Positions 52,627 to 61,558 of a DNA stretch of 64,000 bases are shown here, in pieces. The position numbers and the translations under genes were made by a program. The first letter of the stretch is position 1. Every line of letters starts with the position of its first letter. The notes under the pieces are model-generated. The model searched no databases. It worked only from the letters and a program-made list of their open reading frames with translations, and was not told the DNA's origin. Location of the stretch: NCBI GenBank assembly GCA_035529075.1, contig DATKXK010000014.1, positions 76,264 through 140,263 of the forward strand. The letters run 5' to 3'. Source of the DNA: Acidobacteriota bacterium (GTDB taxonomy: Bacteria > Zixibacteria > MSB-5A5 > GN15 > FEB-12).

Positions 52627-52866
52627 ATGAAAGGCAGAGCTCTCACCATCGTTGTGATGCTGCTGGTTCTGGCTGTCGCATGCTTCATCTCCGGTCCTGC
52701 GGTATCGGGTGAGCATCCGTGGGATGCCGACGAAGAGGACAAACAGCCGCTTAACCCCGGCAGCGACGAGGACACCCTCATTGCTCCTGAAAGCTACCCG
52801 GAAATGAGTGACAGTCCGGACTGGTACTGGTATTTGTACGTGCTGTACAATGCAACCCAGGTGTAA
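52627..52866 (+). CDS. Small secreted acidic protein with an aromatic C-terminus (79 aa), hypothetical
   Basis: CAGGAGGA lies 8 nt before the ATG. Signal peptide MKGRALTIVVMLLVLAVACFISGPAVSG. Acidic middle region. The tail is DWYWYLYVLY. Confidence 0.45.
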   Translation: MKGRALTIVVMLLVLAVACFISGPAVSGEHPWDADEEDKQPLNPGSDEDTLIAPESYPEMSDSPDWYWYLYVLYNATQV

Positions 52867-53017
52867 GCAGGTGGTGTACTTGGAGATGATTCCCTGGATG
52901 GCGGTGCATTCGGGGAGGAAATGCATGTGTTCAGAAGCAGCGAGCCATGATGTGATGACCTAAACAGGACCGACAATTATCGCCCGGCGTGACTGACCGG
53001 GCGAAAGAAGTTAGCTA

Positions 53018-55954
53018 ATGCAGACTTCCTCACAAAAGTTGGACTTCGATAACCGCCTGTTATCAGTCGAAGAGCTTTTTAGGCAGCGGAAATATGACGT
53101 TGCCCGCCGCGAGTTGGAGGGCCTGAGCGAAGAGGACTTCAACGGCGGCCAGCATGAAGCAGGGTTGCTTCTGGCTCTGAAGACTGACATTTGTTTCAAC
53201 GACGGGGTTTACCGGCAGGCGATTGAGATGGGCCTGCGCGGTGCCAGGATCCTGGCTGGTTTTCCACTCAACCGTCGCTACGGGCGGCTGTTGCTGGTCT
53301 TGTCCAAGACCTTCTCGGCGCTTGGCGATCTCAAGAACGCTGAAATCCGAGCACACGACGCGTTAGCATCCTATCGTCGGGCAGATGAGCCGCTGGGGCA
53401 GGTGGACGCGCTTAACGAGTTGGCGCGCATCGCCTTTACGCGAGGTGACTTCCAAGCTGCGGCCGGGTTTCTTGAAGATGCCATTGAGCAGGCTGCCGGA
53501 GATGACCGAAAAGTCGCTCTGTTGACCGGTAACGCCGGTGTCCTTCATACCCTGACCGGCCAGTGGAACCAGGCGGAATTGGATCTGAAGGCAGCCCTTA
53601 AGTACCACACTGAGGTCTCCAACGAGATCTCCGCAGCCCGCAACCTTCTGTCCCTGAGTTACCTGCATATCTGCAGGCGCGAGTTCGTCTTCGCCGAGCG
53701 TTTTCTGTCCAAGGCGTTGAAGCTGATCGAGAAGCTGGACCTCAAGCGCGAAAAGGTCATCTATCTCGAATACATCGGCGAGCTGGCTCTGGAGAAGGGG
53801 GACGCATTCAAAGCCAAGTCCCTGCTTGCCGAAGCTTACCATGAAGGCCGGCTGCTGGCTTCCGGGTCAGCGCTCGTCTCGCAGTCAGGCCGGCGTCTCG
53901 CCGAAGCGGAACTGCTCCTGGACAACCATGACGAGGCCATGAAGTACGGGCAGAAGGCACTGGAGTTGTCTCTGCAGATCGGTGAGAAGTCTGAGTTGGT
54001 GATGGCCCGGCGCGTCACCGGGCTCGTTTTTGCGGCCCGGGGCGAGTATGAAGACGCTCTGAAACACGTCAATCAGGCCGTGGAGCTGGCACGTGAAGTG
54101 CGGGATCCTCTGACACGGGCCCGCACGCTGTTGTCGCTGGCCGACATCAAAATCGCGGCTGGATCGGACGAGGTTCAGCGGATTCGTGCCGTCCTTGACG
54201 AAGCCAGACGCCTCTTCAAGAAGCTCGGGCTTGATTACTGGGTTGCCGAGACCGACCTGAAGGCCGGCACGTTTGCCTGCCGGCAGGGTGATCTTCCGCG
54301 TGGCTTCAAGAGGCTCAGCCGTGCCGAGAAGACATTCTCAATGCTGGGCGACTCGGCCAGGGTTCGCAAGGTGCACCAGTTTCTAACGACACTGGCCGAT
54401 CAGGCGGTGGCGCTGTCGGTTTCCCAGGAAAACGAATTCAAGGTCTTCGGTACTTTGCTCAACCAGTCCGATCTGGAGGATTTGAGGACCGGCCGCATCG
54501 ACCAGGTTCTGGAGGTGTTGACGCGCCGGACGGGTGCTGCGCGCGCCATCATCTTTACTCCCGATTTCGAAGACAGTCCGGTCACGGCTTCTTTTCCCCT
54601 GACCCCCTTCCAGGCACGCAGGTTTGCAGACGGTTTCGGGCAGTTGATGGGTGAAGAGATCGCCCGCGACAGACCCACCCTTTTGCTCGATTGTCGGCGC
54701 GATCCTTACATTAACAACCTCCTGCCCGATATTCCGGACGTGGTGGCCAGCGTGATCGTTATTCCGTTCAAGATGAGCGACAATACCACCAGTTACATAT
54801 ACCTGGACAAGCTGTCGTTCGACAATACGCTGAACCCGTTCAGCCAGACGCAGTTGAATTTCGCCGTCGGCTTTTCCGATATCATCGCCTTTAAGTCGGC
54901 AGAGTTGCACAAGATGAAGCTGCAGGAGGATAACCGCCGCCTGAAGGCCCAGTTGCAGGAGCAGGCGGCGTTCCCGAACATTCTCACCCGCAACTCGGCC
55001 ATGCTGGAACTGTTGTCGCAGGTACGGCAGGTCGTCGACTCCAATATCTCGGTAGCCATCGAAGGTGAGACGGGCTGCGGCAAGGATATTCTCGCGCGTG
55101 CGATTCACTACAATTCCGGCAGGCGCGACCGGCGGTTTATTTCCGTGAACTGTGCGGCCCTGCCTGAGACACTTCTCGAATCGGAACTGTTCGGTTACCG
55201 GAGAGGTGCCTTCACCGGCGCCGATCGTGACAAGTCGGGCCTTTTTGAAGAGGCCGACCGCGGCACCTTCTTCCTGGATGAAATCGCCGACATGCCGTTA
55301 AGCGTGCAGGCGAAAATCCTGCGAGTGCTGGAGGAGCAGGAGATTGTCCGTCTTGGCGAGAGCGTTCCGCGCAAAGTGGATGTTCGTATCATTTCAGCGA
55401 CCAATCGTGATCTCAAGGAAGAGATGGAGACGGGGCGGTTCCGACCCGACCTGTATTATCGGCTGTCGGCTCTGACGTTCCGGCTACCGGCACTTCGAGA
55501 ACGGAGAGAGGATATCCCTCTGCTGGTCAATCACTTCCTGGGGGAAAGCGGCAAGCGGGTCTCGCCTGAGGTCATGCGAGCGCTGGTCGCCTACGGTTGG
55601 CCCGGGAACGTTCGGGAGCTGGAGAATGAGATCAAGAAAATGGTCCTGCTTACCGGCGACATCGAGGAGATCGGTGCCGCTGTTCTCTCAGGCAAGATAG
55701 TCTCGGTCAGTCAGCACGCGGCGCCGGAGTTGGATGCTGATCTTTCCGGATATGACGAACTCGCGTTTGACGAGCAGTACTCTCTTTATGACTATCTGGA
55801 GGCGCATGAGCGCCGCTTCATCATCCAGGCGCTCAGGGAGCGCAACGGTGTCAAGAAGCACGCGGCGGCGGCACTGAACATTCCCGAATCGACCCTGCGC
55901 CTGAAGATCAAGCAGTACAACATCGATCTCGACCGGCTTGACGCGGTCAACTGA
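53018..55954 (+). CDS. Sigma-54-dependent transcriptional activator with a long TPR N-terminus, GAF-like domain, AAA+ domain and Fis-type HTH; no receiver domain
   Basis: GETGCGKDILARAIH Walker A, the GAFTGA loop (YRRGAFTGAD), WPGNVRELEN, and the C-terminal HTH AAAALNIPESTLRLKIKQY. The first roughly 430 aa show TPR-like periodicity. Confidence 0.85.
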   Translation: MQTSSQKLDFDNRLLSVEELFRQRKYDVARRELEGLSEEDFNGGQHEAGLLLALKTDICFNDGVYRQAIEMGLRGARILAGFPLNRRYGRLLLVLSKTFSALGDLKNAEIRAHDALASYRRADEPLGQVDALNELARIAFTRGDFQAAAGFLEDAIEQAAGDDRKVALLTGNAGVLHTLTGQWNQAELDLKAALKYHTEVSNEISAARNLLSLSYLHICRREFVFAERFLSKALKLIEKLDLKREKVIYLEYIGELALEKGDAFKAKSLLAEAYHEGRLLASGSALVSQSGRRLAEAELLLDNHDEAMKYGQKALELSLQIGEKSELVMARRVTGLVFAARGEYEDALKHVNQAVELAREVRDPLTRARTLLSLADIKIAAGSDEVQRIRAVLDEARRLFKKLGLDYWVAETDLKAGTFACRQGDLPRGFKRLSRAEKTFSMLGDSARVRKVHQFLTTLADQAVALSVSQENEFKVFGTLLNQSDLEDLRTGRIDQVLEVLTRRTGAARAIIFTPDFEDSPVTASFPLTPFQARRFADGFGQLMGEEIARDRPTLLLDCRRDPYINNLLPDIPDVVASVIVIPFKMSDNTTSYIYLDKLSFDNTLNPFSQTQLNFAVGFSDIIAFKSAELHKMKLQEDNRRLKAQLQEQAAFPNILTRNSAMLELLSQVRQVVDSNISVAIEGETGCGKDILARAIHYNSGRRDRRFISVNCAALPETLLESELFGYRRGAFTGADRDKSGLFEEADRGTFFLDEIADMPLSVQAKILRVLEEQEIVRLGESVPRKVDVRIISATNRDLKEEMETGRFRPDLYYRLSALTFRLPALRERREDIPLLVNHFLGESGKRVSPEVMRALVAYGWPGNVRELENEIKKMVLLTGDIEEIGAAVLSGKIVSVSQHAAPELDADLSGYDELAFDEQYSLYDYLEAHERRFIIQALRERNGVKKHAAAALNIPESTLRLKIKQYNIDLDRLDAVN

Positions 55955-55983
55955 CTTGCTGTCAGGTCCGGTTGTAAGGTGTT

Positions 55984-56011
55984 GCGTCCCCGTCGACGGG
56001 ACGCTTTTTTA
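55984..56011 (+). terminator. Intrinsic terminator
   Basis: GCGTCCC-CGTCGAC-GGGACGC followed by TTTTTT. Confidence 0.8.
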
Positions 56012-56017
56012 TAGCCT

Positions 56018-56815
56018 ATGACCAGAGCGCGCTACGACGCACATTTCGCCGCCGATCCGTACTACAACATGGCCTTTGACGAATGGCTGCTTTGTCGGGC
56101 CCTCGCCGAGCCAGCCTCCATATTCGTCCGGCTGTATACGTGGCGGGTGGGGGCTATAACGTTCGGGTTCAACCAGAACGAGAGAACCGCCCTCGATTTC
56201 TCGCGCCTTGACGGCACTCCGGTCATTCGGCGGGTGACCGGGGGGCGGGCCGTGTTTCACGACCCCTCGGAGTTGACTTACGCGGTCGCTGTCAACAGGG
56301 AAGGCCTGGCGCACGCAAGCTTGTCCGGCTCGCTCTCGCAGACCTGCCGGGCCATAGCCGGGGCGCTCCAGGATTTTCTCGACCGGGTCGGGGTCGTCTC
56401 GGAGTATGTCCACGTCTCGACGCCGGGGCAGGGGCGGCGGGAGTTTTTCAACAAGGCCCCGTGTTTCGCCTCGGCGGCGCGGCATGAGTTGGTGGCGGCC
56501 GGCCGTAAGGTGGTGGCTTCCGCGCAGAGGCGTATTGGCCCGGCGCTGCTCCAGCACGGGTCGATCAAAATGGGCGGAGTGGCCGTACATCCGGCGCTGC
56601 ACGGCCCGGCTGACTCGCCCCAAAACCCCCTTCCCCTGACCGGCCGGGAGTTCGCCGCGTGGTCTGAGGACTTTGCCGCCACCCTGGCCGGTTCTCTCGG
56701 AATCGATATCGAGCCGGACGCGCTTTCGTCACATGACGTACGGCAGGTAGCCGCACGCGTCGAATACCTCAAAAAAAACTCCTGCGCGAAGCGTCAAATT
56801 GTTAAACGACTGTGA
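56018..56815 (+). CDS. Lipoate/biotin protein ligase family (BPL_LplA_LipB catalytic domain) protein
   Basis: NMAFDEWLL, VRLYTW..GAITFGFNQ, VIRRVTGGRAVFHD.SELTYAV and GRKVVASAQRR (catalytic Lys region). Confidence 0.7.
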   Translation: MTRARYDAHFAADPYYNMAFDEWLLCRALAEPASIFVRLYTWRVGAITFGFNQNERTALDFSRLDGTPVIRRVTGGRAVFHDPSELTYAVAVNREGLAHASLSGSLSQTCRAIAGALQDFLDRVGVVSEYVHVSTPGQGRREFFNKAPCFASAARHELVAAGRKVVASAQRRIGPALLQHGSIKMGGVAVHPALHGPADSPQNPLPLTGREFAAWSEDFAATLAGSLGIDIEPDALSSHDVRQVAARVEYLKKNSCAKRQIVKRL

Positions 56816-56869
56816 CCCCCAAATAGTCTTAAAGGTAGCGGTTTAGGGCGGTGACGTCCAAAAAATCGC

Positions 56870-56899
56870 TTGACTTGCAAGGCCAGGGAAAGGTATTTT
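56870..56899 (+). promoter_or_regulatory. Sigma-70-like promoter TTGACT-N18-TATTTT, about 245 nt upstream of locus 3
   Basis: TTGACT at 56870-56875 and TATTTT at 56894-56899. Confidence 0.3.
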
Positions 56900-57143
56900 C
56901 CTGATCTGAAGTGAGTTCGGCAGCGTCTGGTAAGCACCGATGAGTGATAGGATTGAGGAGTGTTTTCCGCCCTTCGTGAGGGGGGTTCAGATGCCGTCAA
57001 TCCTGTCTCGTGTGCGCTCGCTCCGGCTCGCGGGAAGGCAGTCAGTTGGAGGTAAACCGCTTTACGGGAATGGATGCAGCTGAGCCAAACGTCAGGCGTG
57101 ACCGATAGGGAGCGTCAGTCGGGCTCATCGAGGAGGAAGAGAG

Positions 57144-60100
57144 ATGGTTTTCAATACCCGGAAGACTCGTGTCGTGTTAGCGGCCATAGCGGGTATGCTG
57201 GCCCTGTTGCCTTTGATCGTTTTGGCTGGCTCCACGGGGCAGATCAAGGGGAGGATTATTGACGCAGAGACGGGCGAACCGGTTGTCCAGGCATCGGTAC
57301 TTATTCTTGGTACTACCATGGGCAACACTACGGACTTGGATGGGTATTACCTCATCTCACGGGTGCCACCGGGAACGTATACGGTTAGAATGTCTTCCGT
57401 CGAATACAAGACTGTCGATATTACCGACGTTGTCGTGAGTGCCGACCTCACCAGCGAGCAGAACCGGGAAGTGGAGAAGAAAGTCACCGAACTCGATGAG
57501 ACTATCACGGTGAAGGGGACGCGTGACCTTCTCGACAAGTTCCAGACCGGCACGCAGGTCAACATCAGCCAGGAGACTATCAAGCATCGGCCGGTTCAGA
57601 CGGTGGACGCGCTGCTCGAGCAGGTTCCGGGTGTTCAGACGACGGCGGCCGGTGAGGTGTTCGTCCGCGGCGGCCGGGCCGGGGAGGTTTCGTTTATCGT
57701 CGACGGTGTGCCGATCGGTGATCCGCTCGGCGGCCTCGGACAGTCCGGCGCTAACCTCTCGCTGGTGTCCGGCTCGATCCAGGAAATCCAGATCATTAAG
57801 GATGGGTTCGATCCTGAGTACGGAAACGCGCTCTCGGGCATCGTGAACATCCGGAGCCAGACGGGGTCGAAGGACGCCACTCGCTTTAATATGCAGATCC
57901 TCACCGATGACCTCGGCAACTCCGACCTCAATGAGTTCTCGCGGAATTACGATTACATGCGGGCTTCTATTTCCGGTCCCGATCCGATTATAGCCGACAA
58001 GCTGTTTCCGGCCCTCGGCCTGAATTTCCTCGTCGACAAGGAGTTCACTTACTACCTGTACGGCGAGATGGAGAAGGACGATGGTGTTTTTCAGTACACC
58101 TCGTTTGACACGCCAGAAACGCGGCGTGACTGGTCGTCCTTCAACCTCTTTGGTTTTGACGTTCCCGAGCGGCTGCGCAACCGGTACCACGTCCAGGCGA
58201 ACTTCAAGATGCGCCCCAAGCAGAACATGCGCGTGGTGCTGTCACTGAAGAAGTGGATTACGCGCAACACGAAATTCGCGTGGGATCACCGCTACTCGTC
58301 GGCTACGGCACCGGTGGAGCGGCAGGAGAGGTCTGCTGTATCGCTGGAGCTTATCCAACAGGTCTCCAAAGACATGAACTATGAAGCCATTCTCTCGGTC
58401 ACGAATTTCGCGTATTCCGAGAAGCCCGGCGACCCGGACAACCCGGGGCGGGGGCTGGACCCTGACGACTTCCTGCTGCAAAGCGACTGGGAAGACTGGT
58501 CCGACACCAACCGCAACGGCATATATGACGCTCCGGAACCGGTGATCAACCTTTTCCCGGATACGGCCACGTTTGGCACCAACTTCTCCGGCCCTGCGTA
58601 CACGTACGGAGAGTTCTATGACCTGGACGGGGACGGTGTTTTCGACGACGATGCCCTGATTCTGCCCAACGTCCAGGGAGGCGGCATTATTGAGGGCAAC
58701 TTCCGCTTCAACAACAACGGCGTCTATGATCTTCTTGAGGGGGAAGCGTTTATAGATCTCAACGGCAACGGCGTGTGGGACCGCGGTGAGTTCCTTACCG
58801 ACAAGAACGGCAACGGCCAACTCGACCGTTACCGCCTTTCGCCGATCAACACGCGTGACGATGAGCCGTTCATCGACGGTGACTCGATCCTGGGTGAACC
58901 GTTCACCGACATCAACTCCAACGGCGGCTACGACATTGGCATCGACATTTTCGTGATCAGCGACGATGAAAACGTCAACCAGGATTACAACCACAACGGC
59001 CGGTACGACGGTCCCGAGGACCGTTGGACGCCGAAAGTTCCCTACTGGGATCGGAACGGCAACGGGATCTACGACGAGCCCAACACGGTGTATGATCCGG
59101 GTGAACCGTACGTTGACGTGAACGGTAACGGCGAGTACGATTTCGGCGGCTCCGGGACGTTCCTCAACTCGAATCAGCACCAGGATACAACCAGGTGGCA
59201 TCACCGTGAGGTACGCACGTACCGGGGTGAGGTGAAGGTTTTCCGCCAGATGGGCAAGCACGAAGTGAAAGGCGGGGTGGCGCTGACCTACGAGGATCTC
59301 ATCTACCAGGAGATAGAGCGTCCGTACCTGCCGTACACCGGCCGTGAGGACGGCGGTCCGTATCCGGATCGCGGCGCTTTCCGCGACTTTTACAGTTTCA
59401 AACCGTGGACCGGCACCGTATACATGCGTGACAAGCTGGAGTACGGTTCGATGATCGCCAATCTGGGCCTGCGCCTGGATTTCTTCCTGCAGGATACGGA
59501 CCGTCTTGCTGACATTCTTCGGTCTGATGACCGCGGCGGCATTATCGACGGCGACCGCCACAAGATCTCGCCGCGTATCGGGTTCTCATACCCCATCTCG
59601 GACAAGGCCAAGGTCTATTTCAACTACGGTCACTTCTTCCAGTTGCCGCAGTTTATGTTGATGTACGCGCGGAACACGTCGTCGGTGAACCAGAACGACG
59701 TTATCGGTAATCCGAACCTGGATTACCAGAAGACGATCCAGTACTCGTTCGGCGTCAAGTATGCCATGTCCGAAAGCTACTCCGTCGACCTGCAGGGTTA
59801 CTTCAAGGACGAGTTCGACAAGATTAACTCGGCGCGTATCCGTGACGGCTCCGTTTTCCGCCAGGCCTATCGCAACAGTGACTATGGTCGCAGTCGAGGC
59901 GTTGAGGTCACGCTGGAGAAGCGCACCGGCAACGTCAGCGGCCAGGTCAGTTACACTTACGCCTTCGCCTTCGGTAAGGCGTCCAAGCACAACGAATTCT
60001 TCCTGTCGGACTTCCTGCTGTCTCGTGAGCCGCTCTCGGAGCGTGCCCTGGACAACGACATCAGGCACAGCCTCAAGGCCGGCATCCAGATATATATGCC

Positions 60101-60515
60101 GAGGACGAGTAAGCCGCGACTGTTCGGTTTTCCGATTCCCAGCGGGTGGTCGCTGACCATCCAGTCGGTTATTGAGTCGGGGATGCCGTTCACGCCGGCC
60201 CAGAGCTTCCCGGATATTTCCGCTGACGGTACGGAGGACATCGAGAGGAACTCGATGCGGTTGCCATCGACGGCCGTGTTTGACGCCCGGTTCTCGAAGG
60301 AGTTCGAGCTGGCCGGCGTTGACTGGGAGGTTATCTTCTGGGTTGAGAACCTGCTGGACAGCCGTAACGTTTTGGGCGTGTACTCAGGCACCGGTCGGGC
60401 CGACACGGACCAGAACCGCAACCAGGTAGTCTTCGGCGGCACCGAGTTCTCCAAGAACCCGTTAAACTGGGACTACGGCCGTCAGATTCGGGTCGGTCTG
60501 GAGATGAGCTTGTAA
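57144..60515 (+). CDS. Family A outer-membrane protein (A2): CarboxypepD_reg-like + plug + TonB-type barrel with an inserted Ca-loop repeat array
   Basis: GAGGAGGAAG precedes the ATG. GQIKGRIIDAETGEPVVQASVLI..DGYYLISRVPPGTYTV, plug motif VFVRGGRAGEVSFIVDGVPIGDP, and C-terminal strand RVGLEMSL. Paralogue of A1. Confidence 0.8.
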   Translation: MVFNTRKTRVVLAAIAGMLALLPLIVLAGSTGQIKGRIIDAETGEPVVQASVLILGTTMGNTTDLDGYYLISRVPPGTYTVRMSSVEYKTVDITDVVVSADLTSEQNREVEKKVTELDETITVKGTRDLLDKFQTGTQVNISQETIKHRPVQTVDALLEQVPGVQTTAAGEVFVRGGRAGEVSFIVDGVPIGDPLGGLGQSGANLSLVSGSIQEIQIIKDGFDPEYGNALSGIVNIRSQTGSKDATRFNMQILTDDLGNSDLNEFSRNYDYMRASISGPDPIIADKLFPALGLNFLVDKEFTYYLYGEMEKDDGVFQYTSFDTPETRRDWSSFNLFGFDVPERLRNRYHVQANFKMRPKQNMRVVLSLKKWITRNTKFAWDHRYSSATAPVERQERSAVSLELIQQVSKDMNYEAILSVTNFAYSEKPGDPDNPGRGLDPDDFLLQSDWEDWSDTNRNGIYDAPEPVINLFPDTATFGTNFSGPAYTYGEFYDLDGDGVFDDDALILPNVQGGGIIEGNFRFNNNGVYDLLEGEAFIDLNGNGVWDRGEFLTDKNGNGQLDRYRLSPINTRDDEPFIDGDSILGEPFTDINSNGGYDIGIDIFVISDDENVNQDYNHNGRYDGPEDRWTPKVPYWDRNGNGIYDEPNTVYDPGEPYVDVNGNGEYDFGGSGTFLNSNQHQDTTRWHHREVRTYRGEVKVFRQMGKHEVKGGVALTYEDLIYQEIERPYLPYTGREDGGPYPDRGAFRDFYSFKPWTGTVYMRDKLEYGSMIANLGLRLDFFLQDTDRLADILRSDDRGGIIDGDRHKISPRIGFSYPISDKAKVYFNYGHFFQLPQFMLMYARNTSSVNQNDVIGNPNLDYQKTIQYSFGVKYAMSESYSVDLQGYFKDEFDKINSARIRDGSVFRQAYRNSDYGRSRGVEVTLEKRTGNVSGQVSYTYAFAFGKASKHNEFFLSDFLLSREPLSERALDNDIRHSLKAGIQIYMPRTSKPRLFGFPIPSGWSLTIQSVIESGMPFTPAQSFPDISADGTEDIERNSMRLPSTAVFDARFSKEFELAGVDWEVIFWVENLLDSRNVLGVYSGTGRADTDQNRNQVVFGGTEFSKNPLNWDYGRQIRVGLEMSL
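58503..59141 (+). repeat. Array of nine D/N-x-[DN]-G-[DN]-G-x-x-D calcium-loop-like repeats inside A2
   Basis: DTNRNGIYD, DLDGDGVFD, NNNGVYD, DLNGNGVWD, DKNGNGQLD, DINSNGGYD, NHNGRYD, DRNGNGIYD and DVNGNGEYD. Confidence 0.7.
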
Positions 60516-60560
60516 TGTGAGCGTGTTAGAAGTTAAGCGATGAGAATAGATGAGGTAGAC

Positions 60561-61544
60561 ATGTGTATTGACAATAACCGGCAGAGGAGGCGCCGCCTGC
60601 GGGTCGTCCTTGTGGCTGTTCTCTGCATGATTGGCGCTGCGGGTTTGTGGCTGCCTGGAGACGTTGCCGCTCAGGCTAAGGTAGGTACGACGGGCGCGCA
60701 GTTCCTCGAACTCGGCCCCTCGGCGCGGGCAATGGGGATGGCCGAAGCGTTTTCCGCCGTGGTCGACGACATCTCCGCGGTGTACTACAATCCGGCCGCG
60801 CTGACGTCGCTCCTGGGCCGCGAGGTCATGTTCACGTACGTCGATATGCCCGCTGACATTCAGTACGGTTTCCTCGGTCTCGGCTTCCCGCTCGAATCCA
60901 TCGGCGGCGTGCTGGGGTTCGGCGCCTTTGGCCTGACCAGCGGCAGCATGGTTGAGCGGACGTACGAGCAGGGGACGATGGAAGGTACGGGGCGGGAGTT
61001 CAGCTGGAACGACTTCTCCATGGCGGTAAGCTACGGCCGGTATCTGACGGATCGCTTCTCGGTCGGCGTCACGCTCCGCTACATCGGTGAGTTCGTCCAC
61101 AACTACTCCACCAGCGGCTGGTCGGCCGACGTCGGGACCTCCTATGACACGGGGTATCGCGGGTTCAAAATCGCTATGGCGATCACCAACTTCGGCCCGG
61201 ACCTCCAGTTCATCGAGAAGGAATACCCGCTGCCGATCAATTTCCGGTTTGGCAGCGCCATAAACGTTGTGGAGTCCGTAGAGCACGTCGTCACCATGTC
61301 GGCCGAGGGCTCGCACCCGTCCGATAATTTGGAGAAGTACAATGCCGGTGCTGAGTACATGTTCAAGGATCGCTTCATCCTTCGTGCCGGCGGCCGGTTC
61401 AACTATGACGCCGATGGGTTCACCGCCGGCGGCGGGGTCCGAGTTCCGTTTGGCGAAGAGGGCGAACTGCGACTTGATTACGCCTTCCAGGATTTCGGAA
61501 TCCTGACGGAAATCCACCGGTTCTCAATGTCAATCGCGTTCTAG
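60561..61544 (+). CDS. Family C PorV/PorQ-like outer-membrane barrel (C2)
   Basis: Signal region RLRVVLVAVLCMIGAAGLWLPGDVAAQA. GTTGAQFLELGPSARAMGMAEAFSAVVDDISAVYYNPAAL. The C-terminus is FSMSIAF. Paralogue of C1. ATG 60540 is an alternative start. Confidence 0.7.
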   Translation: MCIDNNRQRRRRLRVVLVAVLCMIGAAGLWLPGDVAAQAKVGTTGAQFLELGPSARAMGMAEAFSAVVDDISAVYYNPAALTSLLGREVMFTYVDMPADIQYGFLGLGFPLESIGGVLGFGAFGLTSGSMVERTYEQGTMEGTGREFSWNDFSMAVSYGRYLTDRFSVGVTLRYIGEFVHNYSTSGWSADVGTSYDTGYRGFKIAMAITNFGPDLQFIEKEYPLPINFRFGSAINVVESVEHVVTMSAEGSHPSDNLEKYNAGAEYMFKDRFILRAGGRFNYDADGFTAGGGVRVPFGEEGELRLDYAFQDFGILTEIHRFSMSIAF

Positions 61545-61558
61545 GGAGAGACGAGGAA

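Noticed and set aside
57071-57086. Possible sigma-54 -24/-12 element TGGATGCAGCTGAGCC upstream of A2
   Set aside because: Only the GG and GC dinucleotides at the right spacing match. The flanking consensus (TGGCAC, TTGC) is absent. It is too weak to call.
58242-59561. 439-aa minus-strand ORF
   Set aside because: It is antisense to A2, where the plus frame carries the Ca-loop repeats and barrel strands.
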